Shown here in pieces: positions 1-17,064 of a stretch of 64,000 nucleotides of DNA. The translations under genes and the position numbers were made by a program. The notes beneath the pieces were generated by a model, which saw only the letters and a program-made list of their open reading frames with translations, made no database searches and was not told the DNA's origin. Origin of the DNA: Macrostomum lignano (lineage: Eukaryota); the NCBI GenBank assembly GCA_002269645.1, contig NIVC01000411.1, positions 1 through 64,000 of the forward strand, read 5' to 3'. Position 1 is the first letter of the stretch; each line of letters opens with the position of its first letter.

Positions 1-300
1 ACTAAGTTTTCAGCTCTTAAGTTAGGAAAAATTTCGAATTGGATCTCCGGTGCACCGCTGCTGGCTGAGACAGGGTTCATCTCCAATACTACTGTCTGTT
101 TAACCACGGAGGACAATTTCCAATTCTTCTTGGGACCTTTGTGGATCACCACAGTAGATGGCGGTGCGGTTGGTGCTGGTCCGAAGACTGCTCGAGTTGG
201 TCAGGCTGACCCTCATCAAGGCTGGAGTCGACCGCATGTGCGTCGGTTTCTGTGGCCTCTGTGGACTGCGAATGCATCTCAGCAGTTTCGTTCGAGGGTG

Positions 301-1662
301 TCAAAAGATCGGTGATTGAGCACTGTCTAGGCTAGCACCTGCACTGATGCTGCCGGTAGCAGGTGGGGATGTCTGATCGCAGACCACCCCCGTGTCGAGC
401 TCCTGAGCACAGGCAGCCCGACCCTGCGACTCGTCTGGATTAGCACTACTAGGAAGTGAGGGAGGTACATTTACAGAGCATGCGATGTCTTCACTGGTAG
501 CTCTGTTGCTTTGCTCAGGTGGGAATGTCTGGTCACAGACCATTCCCGTGTCAAGCTCTTGAGCGCAAGCAGCTTGACCCTGATTTTGGACATCTTGCTC
601 TTGTGATAGCGCTACAATAGGCGGAGACGGTGGTTCATTGCTCGCCGTCATTTCTCGGTGGCTAAGCATGCTTGGTTCCTCATTGAACTCGCATGAGTCC
701 CAGGACACTTCATCCACAGCAAGGCTGCAGTACCCAATCTGTTGTGTCACCTGACTGCTCTGAAGACTGTCACTAATCTCAATGGGATGCTGCGTATTAG
801 ACTGAATGTCTGTGACAACATTGGTCCCATGAGGGGTGTTTTGTGGGTTTTGTGGCCCTACAGTAAGAAAAGTACATACATGGAGGAGCTCACCAGTGTT
901 CTCGAGTCCAGGTACCTTCAGTCGATGGTTCAACCTTTGCAACTCGTTCTGAAGTTCGCCGGGAGAGATGTTGAACCTCTTCCCCTGGTCCTTCGAGGCC
1001 CAGCGGAAGCCCACCTGCCAGCCTGTCCTCAGTGTGTCTTGGTCAACGTTGCCGGAGGCCTCTAGCAATTCGTCCGCAGTGTTGATCATGCAAAGCTGGT
1101 AGTGGCCCTCCATCGTGTCCTGTGTGCTAGTTTCCCAGGCCTCCGCGTTCTCCTTAACTCGTTTGATGGTTCCGTCGGTAGGCATAGCCGGTCGGATGAA
1201 GGATTCTAGCTGTTCAGCTTTTTTATGTACACTTTTAGGCACATTGCGCCAGTTATTCAAGTGGTGGGCAGCCCGAAAGAGTTTCTTAGACAGGCGAGCG
1301 AGTTGAGATGCGTCATTCGGTAGAGCCACTGCGGCGTGGGCGCGAGGGTCAGTATCTTTTCTTCGAGAATCACGTCGCTCGTCATTGTGTTTCATAGTTC
1401 GTCGAGGTTCGTTGTCGTTGCGGCGAGATTTAAAGTTGTTACCTCGAGCCTCACCCTGAGCACGGTGAGGTACGCCGCGGTTCCGGCGATCGTTCCAGGA
1501 CTTTTCCCGTTGTTGGTGCGCCCATCTAGCAGCGTCTGGAGGCCTGTGGTCTGGCCGTGAGCGGTGTTGATGCCCTCCAGTGCGGGTGTTTTGATGTTGT
1601 CGGTAATTTCGCTCAGCAGGTTTTCTTTCAGAATTGTGCCATGTGCGGCTGCTTCTCGGCAT
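301..1662 (-). CDS. PLE ORF1-like protein (basic N-terminus, HHLxNW..P helical region, low-complexity tail); likely continues frameshifted below 301
   Basis: First ATG (MPRSS) is at 1662 within track ORF 301..1788. HHLNNWRNVP...FIRP resembles Neptune-type upstream ORFs (from memory). Internal duplication AACAQELDTGxVCDQT. Sequence 1-300 reads as a frameshifted KKNWKL..VV-IGD-like continuation. Confidence 0.6.
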   Translation of the reverse strand: MPRSSRTWHNSERKPAERNYRQHQNTRTGGHQHRSRPDHRPPDAARWAHQQREKSWNDRRNRGVPHRAQGEARGNNFKSRRNDNEPRRTMKHNDERRDSRRKDTDPRAHAAVALPNDASQLARLSKKLFRAAHHLNNWRNVPKSVHKKAEQLESFIRPAMPTDGTIKRVKENAEAWETSTQDTMEGHYQLCMINTADELLEASGNVDQDTLRTGWQVGFRWASKDQGKRFNISPGELQNELQRLNHRLKVPGLENTGELLHVCTFLTVGPQNPQNTPHGTNVVTDIQSNTQHPIEISDSLQSSQVTQQIGYCSLAVDEVSWDSCEFNEEPSMLSHREMTASNEPPSPPIVALSQEQDVQNQGQAACAQELDTGMVCDQTFPPEQSNRATSEDIACSVNVPPSLPSSANPDESQGRAACAQELDTGVVCDQTSPPATGSISAGASLDSAQSPIF

Positions 1663-1807
1663 TCTCAGATAGCCAAAGAGAGAGCTGACTGGTCCAGGGA
1701 GTAGATAGACGTTTAAAAAAAACCTCTCACGCAGTGGCAGCTCTAACCAAGGTAACTGAGAAATAAATAAGATAGTCACAAAGGTCAAAAAATATAAGAA
1801 TTATGGT

Positions 1808-1848
1808 AAACCGATATTTCGGCCGTGAATTGGCCTTCGTCAGGGTTT
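1808..1848 (-). ncRNA. Minimal type I hammerhead ribozyme of the PLE
   Basis: Sense strand AAACC-CUGACGA-A-GGCC-aauucac-GGCC-GAAA-UA-UC^-GGUUU: stem I AAACC/GGUUU, stem II GGCC/GGCC, intact core, palindromic AUAU stem III. Predicted cleavage between 1813 and 1812. Confidence 0.88.
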
Positions 1849-1983
1849 TACAATAGTATAATTGTGCTATAAAATGGAACGAAGTTGATATTGTAAGTGG
1901 GAAATAAAATGTATTGTGAGTTAGTTTATAAAATCAAATAGCGTCTCCGTCGCACGTTGCTCAATAGTGCTCACTCTGAAAGT

Positions 1984-2862
1984 TTAATCAATACCATCAG
2001 TGAGGGCAGGCAGTTTTGAGGGGCAAAGAATGTCCTTTAGAGAGGGTGCTCGAGTGTACGCAGCTACAGTGTCCAACCCATGTGCATGGTTTGAGAGAAC
2101 AGTGCGAATTTCGTGTACAATATTAGTCGATCTATCCGTAAAAGGAATAACTATTGGGATACAAGCGCTTGTGTTGCTGTTAATTGTATTGAGGCCTGCA
2201 GGTGACTGCGTGCTCAGCAGGGAGATGAGTTTCTGTTCCATGACCCTGCGTCTGCGTAGCGCTCCTTCTTTGCTGGTCTCGCTCTCGGTGCTGAGATACC
2301 AGAGCCCCATGAAGCGAAGATCGTCGAGGCAGTGATTCGGAGAGCAAAAATGTCTGCTAACAGGGGTGTCCTTAGCGAGCCTAATGTCACTTAGGTGGGC
2401 CTGGAGTCTGACCTTGATAGTTCCACCTGTTTCGCCGACATAAATGCAACGGCCATTGCAGGTGTTGCAAAGAATTGCGTAGACCGCGCACCTGGAGTCA
2501 CAGCGGACCTTCTGGCAAATTCTGTAGGCCATTTTAGTTGCTGTGGAACCGGGACAAACTTGGCCAAAGCAGCCGTGTCGTCGGCATACAGCACAGTCTC
2601 GGTTTCTGCAGTCTTGAAAGCCGAAAGCCCACTGAAAATCTATGTAAAGTCCAAGTTGTATGAGAGCTGACTTTTTAGCGTCTCGGATCAAGCGGACCGA
2701 GTGTCCCTGCTTTTTAAGGATGCTCATCAGGCTGCTGCTAGCCTTGTCAAAGTCCTCTTTGAAGGTGCAGCGGCGAGCGTAGCGGAGAAACTGGGATTTC
2801 ATGATGCCTTTGAATGTGTGCTTTGGGTGAAAAGAATTCGGGTTCAGTAATTGGCGGGAATC
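1984..2862 (-). CDS. PLE RT C-terminus + GIY-YIG endonuclease (5'-truncated)
   Basis: Frame is open from GAT at 2862 to the stop at 1984. Motifs SQFLRYARRC, CRNRDCAVC, VYAILCNTC, IYVGET, PVSRHF, HCLDDL, PAGLN. Confidence 0.9.
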   Translation of the reverse strand, partial: DSRQLLNPNSFHPKHTFKGIMKSQFLRYARRCTFKEDFDKASSSLMSILKKQGHSVRLIRDAKKSALIQLGLYIDFQWAFGFQDCRNRDCAVCRRHGCFGQVCPGSTATKMAYRICQKVRCDSRCAVYAILCNTCNGRCIYVGETGGTIKVRLQAHLSDIRLAKDTPVSRHFCSPNHCLDDLRFMGLWYLSTESETSKEGALRRRRVMEQKLISLLSTQSPAGLNTINSNTSACIPIVIPFTDRSTNIVHEIRTVLSNHAHGLDTVAAYTRAPSLKDILCPSKLPALTDGID

Positions 2863-2863
2863 C

Positions 2864-5181
<2,318 letters not shown>

Positions 5182-5280
5182 CTAGATACACAGGCAGACA
5201 GAAAGCTACTAGAAGCGGCATCAAGCAAACAACAGTCACCACTTTAACCACAGAAGTGGCACGTCACAACTCTCTACCTT

Positions 5281-5310
5281 CCTATTGGCTGAGCGGCGCT
5301 GACCAATAGG
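5281..5310. promoter_or_regulatory. Inverted pair of CCAAT boxes upstream of HS3ST
   Basis: CCTATTGG (5281-88) and CCAATAGG (5303-10) form an inverted repeat about 140-170 bp before the ATG, with a CRE-like GCACGTCA just upstream. Confidence 0.35.
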
Positions 5311-5448
5311 CGCGCAGCTGGCCTGCCAAGCAGTTCATCAAGCAGATAAACTTCTCTAAGATATGATGCTCCAGTTGAGGCAGGCAGCTGGCAGCACAGA
5401 GTGCATTGAACAGCTCAGATAACTGACATCAGAGAATCGCTGTAAACT

Positions 5449-5735
5449 ATGAGCCCCCGGTCGTTCCCGCGGCTCTTCATGCTGCTGCATCTTACAGCCG
5501 CTCTCGTGGCAGCTGTTCCAGTCTCCTCTTCATCAGCCGGCGGTGTCAACTCGACTTCACAGCCGATCGATGCCACATTCGCTCGGCGTCTTCCGCAGGC
5601 GCTCATCATCGGAGCCAAGAAGTCCGGGACTCGAGCCCTGCTGGCGTTCATCTGCATGCACCCGGACGTGCAGGCGCCGGGGCCTGAGGTGCACTTCTTC
5701 GATAGAAACTACCATCGAGGCCTGGACTGGTACAG
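5449..5735 (+). CDS. HS3ST: Heparan sulfate glucosamine 3-O-sulfotransferase, exon 1
   Basis: Hydrophobic N-terminal anchor; [20 protein letters not shown] (5'-PSB), [16 protein letters not shown]; donor AG|GTGAG (phase 2). Confidence 0.95.
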
Positions 5736-5829
5736 GTGAGGTGCTGGCTGACGGTCACTGTGGCGTTACACCTGACTAGATTTGGGAGGTCATTTTTCCC
5801 AGCCTGATGCCCGTTGGAAGATTCCGCGT

Positions 5830-6120
5830 TCGTTTCAAAGATCTGGGGGTCATTTCAAAGCTCAGGGGTCATTTCAAAGCTCAGGGTCATTTCAAAGCTC
5901 AGGGGTCATTTCAAAGATCTGGGGGTCATTTCAAAGATCTGTGGGGTCATTTCAAAGATCTGTGGGGTCATTTCAAAGATCTGTGGGTCATTTCAAAGAT
6001 CTGTGGGGTCATTTCAAAGATCTGGGGGTCATTTCAAAGATCTGTGGGTCGTTTTAAAGATCTGTGGGGTCATTTCAAAGATCTGGGGGTCGTTTTAAAG
6101 ATGTGGGGTCATTTCAAAGA
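5830..6120 (+). repeat. ~20-21 bp minisatellite (GGGGTCATTTCAAAGATCTGT)
   Basis: Tandem copies start shortly after the HS3ST donor. Confidence 0.95.
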
Positions 6121-6609
6121 TTGGGGGTTCATTTTTTCAGAGCGTGGTGGTATTTTGCAATCTTCTCATAGCAACGTCTCCAGGTGTTGGTAGGGAAGTT
6201 TATCGAAGCAACCAAGAGAAGAAAATCACAAGTCTGTCTGATTGCCAAAACAGTCTAAAAATAAAACGCACTGATTTCTATGAAATCAATAAGCACTTGC
6301 GCCGGTGAACTGGGCCTTGAAAACTGAAGGAAATTGTGTTCCAAGATTTTGCTGCAAAAGCAATCATCGATCTCGCTATTCAAAATTCCCAGGAAAATTG
6401 GTTCATTTAAAGCATTCGCAAGAGCGCCTTATCGAATGGGGTGACTGCTGTATGCTGTCAGATTCAGGTTTTGAGTTAACATCAAAATGAACTGGAAAGC
6501 TCAGGTTTGAGTCAGATTCCAGTCGGCAAGAGGTTTGTTTATAGGAGAGTAGAGAGATGCAAAAAATAAGAGGGTTGGAGAGGAATGTGATTAAAAGTAG
6601 ATAGTGAAG

Positions 6610-7565
6610 GAGTAGAGAGGTGAAAAAGTAGAGGTGTGAGAGAGTAGAGAGGTGAGAGAGTAGAGAGGTGAGAGACTAGAGAGGTGAGAGAGTAGAGAGG
6701 CGAGAGAGTAGAGAGGTGAGAGAGTAGAGAGGCGAGAGAGTAGAGAGGCGAGAGACTAGAGAGGTGAGAGAGTAGAGGGGTGAGAGAGTAGAGAGGTGAG
6801 AGAGTAGAGAGGTGAGAGAGTAGAGAGGTGAGAGAGTAGAGAGGTGAGAGAGTAGAGAGGCGAGAGACTAGAGAGGTGAGAGAGTATAGGGGTGAGAGAG
6901 TAGAGAGGTGAGAGAGTAGAGAGGTGAGAGAGTAGAGAGGTGAGAGAGTAGAGAGGTGAGAGAGTAGAGAGGCGAGAGACTAGAGAGGTGAGAGAGTAGA
7001 GGGGTGAGAGAGTAGAGGGGTGAGAGAGTAGAGAGGTGAGAGAGTAGAGAGGTGAGAGAGTAGAGAGGCGAGAGAGTAGAGAGGTGAGAGAGTAGAGAGA
7101 TGAGAGAGTAGAGAGGTGAGAGAGTAGAGAGGTGAGAGAGTAGAGAGGCGAGAGAGTAGAGAGGTGAGATAGTAGAGAGGCGAGAGAGTAGAGAGGTGAG
7201 AGAGTAGAGAGGTGAGATAGTAGAGAGGCGAGAGAGTAGAGAGGTGAGAGAGTAGAGAGGTGAGAGAGTAGAGAGGCGAGAGACTAGAGAGATGAGAGAG
7301 TAGAGAGGTGAGAGAGTAGAGGTGTGAGAGAGTAGAGAGGTGAGAGAGTAGAGAGGTGAGAGAGTAGAGAGATGAGAGAGTAGAGAGGTGAGAGAGTAGA
7401 GAGGTGAGAGAGTAGAGAGGCGAGAGAGTAGAGAGGTGAGAGAGTAGAGAGGTGAGAGAGTAGAGAGGTGAGAGAGTAGAGAGGTGAGAGAGTAGAGAGG
7501 CGAGAGAGTAGAGAGGTGAGAGAGTAGAGGGGTGAGAGAGTAGAGGGGTGAGAGAGTAGAGAGGC
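6610..7565 (+). repeat. 16-bp minisatellite (GAGAGAGTAGAGAGGT)
   Basis: Direct reading. Confidence 0.95.
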
Positions 7566-8145
7566 AATAAAATAGAGGCCAGATAGTAATGTGAGGAAGA
7601 GAAGAGTGGAAAGAGAGAGAGAGTAATTTATGGAAGAGTAGAGAGAGAGAGTAGACAGGCATATCAGCAGAGATTAGAGAGCGGAGTCAGAGAAGCTGTT
7701 CTCTCATTCTCAAAGCCTGGAGGCAGGTTCTCAGACTCCTCAGTTTCAGCCAACCAAATTATACACGGCAGAAGGTGTGGCAGGCAGCCAGGGACTGTCA
7801 TTGCGGCCGAACATCTGTCGCGTTTCGTTTGGCACTCAGTCCGTCATGGGGTGCGGGAAACTGCACAGAGAGTTAGGATGAAGGGAGTTGACAGCAGTTC
7901 ACGGTTGAGTAGGCCGAAAGCCGAAAAATAGCCCCAGGGGGCTCTGGTTTTTGAAACGTAACAAAAATAATTAAACAAATGCTAATTCGTAACTCAACTG
8001 CATGGATTTTCGATTTTATGATGACATCCAGTTGTGAATCGCACAAAATACGCGTAGATGAATCAGGGATTTGGGAAGAAGAGTTTGTAGTCCACAGCTC
8101 CAGGTTCATTCCCAATCAAACTATCGAAGATATAGAAGAGGTAGA

Positions 8146-8760
8146 AGAGGAGAGAGGAGAGAAGAGAAGATGAGAGACAGGAGAGAAAAGAAGAGGAGAG
8201 AGAGGAGAGAAAAGAAGATGAGAGATAGGGGAGAAAAGAAGATGAGAGAGAGGGGAGAAAAGAAGATGAGAGAGAGGGGAGAAAAGAAGATGAGAGATAG
8301 GGGAGAAAAGAAGATGAGAGAGAGGAGAGAAAAGAAGAGGAGAGAGAGGAGAGAAAAGAAGAGGAGGTAGGAGACAAAAGAAGATGAGAGAGGGGAGAAA
8401 AGAAGATGAGAGATAGGGGAGAAAAGAAGATGAGAGAGAGGGGAGAAAAGAAGATGAGAGAGAGGGGAGAAAAGAAGATGAGAGAGAGGAGAGAAAAGAA
8501 GATGAGAGAGAGGAGAGAAAAGAAGAGGAGAGAGAGGAGAGAAAAGAAGAGGAGAGAGAGGAGAGAAAAGAAGAGGAGATAGGAGACAAAAGAAGAGGAG
8601 AGATAGGAGAGAAAAGAAGATGAGAGATAGGGGAGAAAAGAAGATGAGAGATAGGGGAGAAAAGAAGATGAGAGAGAGGAGAGAAAAGAAGAGGAGAGAG
8701 AGGAGAGAAAAGAAGAGGAGATAGGAGACAAAAGAAGATGAGAGATAGGAGAGAAAAGAG
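8146..8760 (+). repeat. 24-bp purine-rich minisatellite (GAGAGAGAGGAGAGAAAAGAAGAT-like)
   Basis: Direct reading. Confidence 0.95.
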
Positions 8761-9229
8761 CCGAAGAGAGACTAACCCTGAGCGGGCCAGATTGCCATCG
8801 TGAAGACCAGAACCTTCAACTTGGGCTTGAACTGCTTGTAGACAAATCTTTCCAGCCAAAGTGGGGATGATCCAAAATTTAAAGAAAATACTCCACTCCA
8901 CCAAGTTTTCTGATCTGCGAAGAGTCTTTTATTGTCCTCTTTTAGTGGGTGAAAATTGCAGCCAGACTTGTTGTCCGAAAGAAGAGAGAACTGAACGAAG
9001 TGGCAGATTTTTTACCCTGGCGCCCTTGTTCGACAGTTCGACAGTGCCTGCAGTTATTGCGGAGCCGCTGCGGCTACTGGGCTTCAACTTCAGTTTGACA
9101 ATAAAATCTTCTTTTTACGAGTTGCAAGGCTTGAGGCTTAGGAAATATGTTGGAAGATGATCTGCTTCTGCTTGTTTGGAAATGCTTCCAACGAGAGTGT
9201 AACGATGATATTTAAGTGCACAGGATACA

Positions 9230-10030
9230 TATGAGAGTGAGAGTGAGAGACATGAGTGAAGACATGAGAGTAGACATGTGAGTAAACACAAGAGTAGGCA
9301 TCAGAATAGACATAAGCGTAGACAGTAGAGTAGAAACTAGAAATGATAGTAGATATGAGCGTAGACATGAGAGTAGAAATTACAGTAGATATGAGAGTAG
9401 ATATTAGAGTAGAAATGAGAGTAGACATTGACATGAGAGTAAACACAAGAGTAGGCATCAAAGTAGGCATAAGAGTAGCCATGAGAGTAGCCATGAGAGT
9501 AGCCATGAGAGTAGCCATGAGAGTAGCCATGAGAGTAGCCATGAAAGTAGACATGAGAGTAGCCATGAGAGTAGCCATGAGAGTAGACATAAGAGTAGGC
9601 ATGAGAGTAGGCATGAGAGTAGCCATGAGAGTAGCTATGAGAGTAGCCATGAGAGTAGCCATGAGAGTAGACATAAGAGTAGACACAGAATAGGCATGAG
9701 AGTAGCCATAAGAGTAGACATAAGAGTAGACACAAGAGTAGGCATAAGAGTAGCCATGAGAGTAGCCATGAGAGTAGTCATGAGAGTAGCCATGAGAGTA
9801 GACATAAGAGTAGGCATGAGAGTAGGCATGAGAGTAGCCATGAGAGTAGCCATGAGAGTAGGCATGAGAGTAGCCATAAGAGTAGACACAAAAGTAGGCA
9901 TAAGAGTAGACATCAGAGTAGGCATTAAAGTAGACATGAGAGTGGACATGAATGTAGACACTAAAGTAGACATAAGAGTAGACACAAGATTAGGCATAAG
10001 AGTAGACATGAGAGTTGGCATCAGAGTATA
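9230..10030 (+). repeat. 12-bp minisatellite (ATGAGAGTAGCC)
   Basis: Direct reading. Confidence 0.95.
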
Positions 10031-10626
10031 GGTAGGGAAAAGAAAAGAAAATCTCCGCACAAATAATCTGCAAAAGCATCGCCAGAGAAGATTAATAAAG
10101 CAAAACTCAGCAGAGGCCCCGCCTCGGACAAGCGGCTGTCATTTCACGGCCACAGGCGCTATTCCCCGACCCAACGCAAAATTTTTCTAACGACCAAAGA
10201 ACGGGCCGCAACGCGCTATGAGCCGGAGGCGCAGTGCGACTGCCTCTGTCGCCGCTGTCGTCAGAGCTACATGCAGAAGAAATTGATTGCGGCAGACAGT
10301 TTCCAGTTGTCAGGTAAAAACTACGGCATCCGGGATGTCCTCCTCCTCCAGACAATTCAGTTCGAGTTTGAATTCCGAATTCAACGGCACTCGGGCGGGC
10401 AGCGAAATGAAGTGTCTGAGGCGCTGCGCTGTCTCCCTTTTATGGAAGCCGTGACAGATCACCGCCAGCCAGTGCGACTTCGCCTGTTTTCTGCTCCGAG
10501 CATGGAAGAAAAATAATTAAAAACATTTTTTCGCCAACTTTTCTAATTTTCAAAAAAAGTTTCAGTCTGGAAAACCTATGGGCCTCTCTGGCCTTCATTA
10601 GCTTTTCTCTCACTCTCAGTACCTGT

Positions 10627-11320
10627 CTCTCCCTGATTCTCTTCCTGATTCTCTCCCTGATTCTCTTCCTGATTCTCTCCCTGATTCTCTCCCTGATTCT
10701 CTCCCTGATTCTCTTCCTGATTCTCTCCCTCCGATTCTCTCCCTGATTTTCTCCCTGATTCTCTTCCTGATTCTCTCCCTGATTCTCTTCCTGATTCTCT
10801 CCCTGATTCTCTTCCTGATTTTCTCCCTGATTCTCTTCCTGATTCTCTCCCTGATTCTCTCCCTGATTCTCTCCCTGATTCTCTGCCTGATTCTCTCCCT
10901 GATTCTCTCCCTGATTCTCTCCCTCCGATTCTCTCCCTGATTTTCTCCCTGATTCTCTTCCTGATTCTCTCCCTGATTCTCTCCCTGATTCTCTCCCTGA
11001 TTCTCTGCCTGATTCTCTCCCTGATTCTCTCCCTCCGATTCTCTCCCTGATTCTCTCCCTGATTCTCTCCCTGATTCTCTCCCTGATTCTCTTCCTGATT
11101 CTCTCCCTGATTCTCTCCCTGATTCTCTCCCTGATTCTCTCCCTGATTCTCTCCCTGATTCTCTCCCTGATTCTCTCCCTGATTCTCTCCCTGATTCTCT
11201 CTGATTCTCTCTCTGATTCTCTCCCTGATTCTCTCCCTGATTCTCTCCCTGATTCTCTCCCTGATTCTCTCCCTGATTCTCTCCCTGATTCTCTCCCTGA
11301 TTCCTTCCTGATTCTCTCCA
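10627..11320 (+). repeat. 12-bp minisatellite (CTGATTCTCTCC)
   Basis: Direct reading. Confidence 0.95.
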
Positions 11321-11562
11321 ATGCATTGGGGACAGAGAAGTATAGAACTCGTGTTCGCACCGGCAATCAGTTAAAGTATCTCAACCTAACGGGAAGTTCA
11401 GGTCTCGCTCAGGTGAACCGGGACTCCAGCTCTGCTGGCTGCAGTTTTATAATTCCCCTGCAGCTCACCTTCCTAGGATTGGGAGGCCAGGCGTGAGACT
11501 AACACAGCTATGGGGCAGCCAGCAGTGGCCCAGGGCGATTCAACTATATGCATATATACCCA

Positions 11563-12046
11563 TGTACATGGGTAGAAGGGGACATGGGTAGAGTGGGACA
11601 TGGGTAGAGTGGGACATGGGTAGAGTGGGACATGGGTAGAGTGGGACATGGGTAGAGTGGGACATGGGTAGAGTGGGACATGGGTAGAGTGGGACACGGG
11701 TAGAGTGGGACATGGGTAGAGTGGGACATGGGTAGAGTGGGACATGGGTAGAGTGGGACATGGGTAGAGTGGGACATGGGTAGAGTGGGACATGGGTAGA
11801 GTGGGACATGGGTAGAGTGGGACATGGGTAGAGTGGGACATGGGTAGAGTGGGACATGGGTAGAGTGGGACATGGGTAGAGTGGGACATGGGTAGAGTGG
11901 GACATGGGTAGAGTGGGACATGGGTAGAATGGGACATGGGTAGAGTGGGACATGGGTAGAGTGGGACATGGGTAGAGTGGGACATGGGTAGAGTGGGACA
12001 TGGGTAGAGTGGGACATGAGTAGAGTGGGACATGGGTAGAGTGGGA
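11563..12046 (+). repeat. 16-bp minisatellite (CATGGGTAGAGTGGGA)
   Basis: Direct reading, near-perfect copies. Confidence 0.95.
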
Positions 12047-12647
12047 TAGGCCAGTCATCATGATTAGCTAGACCGAATATCCATAGGAGCGACAAAGCGG
12101 ACTCAACAATTGATTTTTCTTTCTCCATCTCCCTTTGGCCTCGGTGGAAAACTCGATAATTCGAGTTCGCAGCTGGCTCGGCAAAGAATCTGATTACAGG
12201 AGCAGAAGACTCCTGTCTGCCTGCTTGACAGGGAAGCATCTGATTGTGGGCGGGACTGCAGCGCCAGATTCGCAGGCGTTCATTAGGCAGGTCTGGGCAG
12301 CGGGCGGGCAACACGCCGCATGCCAGACTGACTCACTGACTCCCTGACTCACTCCCTGAGCTGCTGTTCTCACTTTCTCCTGAGATAATACCTGCGGGAT
12401 TTCGTGTTAAATTCAATAAGCCAGCCTCTCTCTTGCTTCCTCAGTGATGGGAGGCGATCCCTGCGTCTTCGCGGGTAGGATAGATGAGGGCGAGAAGGGA
12501 AGGATGTAAGAAGCTGGCCCTTTTGATGGCAAGGGATCAAGGGATAGAATATGGCAACAAGGATGGGGAGGGGTAGGGTTTAGAGAGGGAGATTTTATAG
12601 GACGTGAGGCGGCAGCCTAATTAAGCGGAGGGAAATGCTGTCTGGCA

Positions 12648-12682
12648 CTATCTATCTATCTATCTGTCTATCTATCTATCTG

Positions 12683-12757
<75 letters not shown>

Positions 12758-12758
12758 G

Positions 12759-12809
<51 letters not shown>

Positions 12810-12810
12810 G

Positions 12811-12841
<31 letters not shown>

Positions 12842-12842
12842 G

Positions 12843-12881
<39 letters not shown>

Positions 12882-12882
12882 G

Positions 12883-12945
<63 letters not shown>

Positions 12946-12954
12946 GTCTATCTG

Positions 12955-13001
<47 letters not shown>

Positions 13002-13030
13002 GTCTATCTGTCTATCTATCTATCTATCTG

Positions 13031-13077
<47 letters not shown>

Positions 13078-13107
13078 GTCTATCTATCTATCTATCTATC
13101 TATCTAG

Positions 13108-13141
<34 letters not shown>

Positions 13142-13148
13142 TTGACGG

Positions 13149-13219
<71 letters not shown>
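12648..13219 (+). repeat. (TATC)n array with TGTC variants, flanking the LINE 3' end
   Basis: Direct reading. Confidence 0.98.
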
Positions 13220-13220
<1 letters not shown>

Positions 13221-13315
13221 GACTTACTTGACTTAGCTGCAGGGGGCTCCGTGCGTCCGGAAACAGCGAGGAGGCGTTGCCGCCCATATCGCTAACCCCT
13301 GGCGACCACGGGCAG

Positions 13316-17060
<3,745 letters not shown>

Positions 17061-17064
<4 letters not shown>

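Noticed and set aside
10090-12350. GC-rich islands in the HS3ST intron (10.1-10.5 kb, 12.1-12.35 kb, also 19.9-20.4 kb) as exons of a nested gene
   Set aside because: No recognisable protein motifs in any frame and no consistent splice phase chain.
13200-13240. Target-site duplication of the LINE
   Set aside because: It cannot be defined because both flanks are the same microsatellite.
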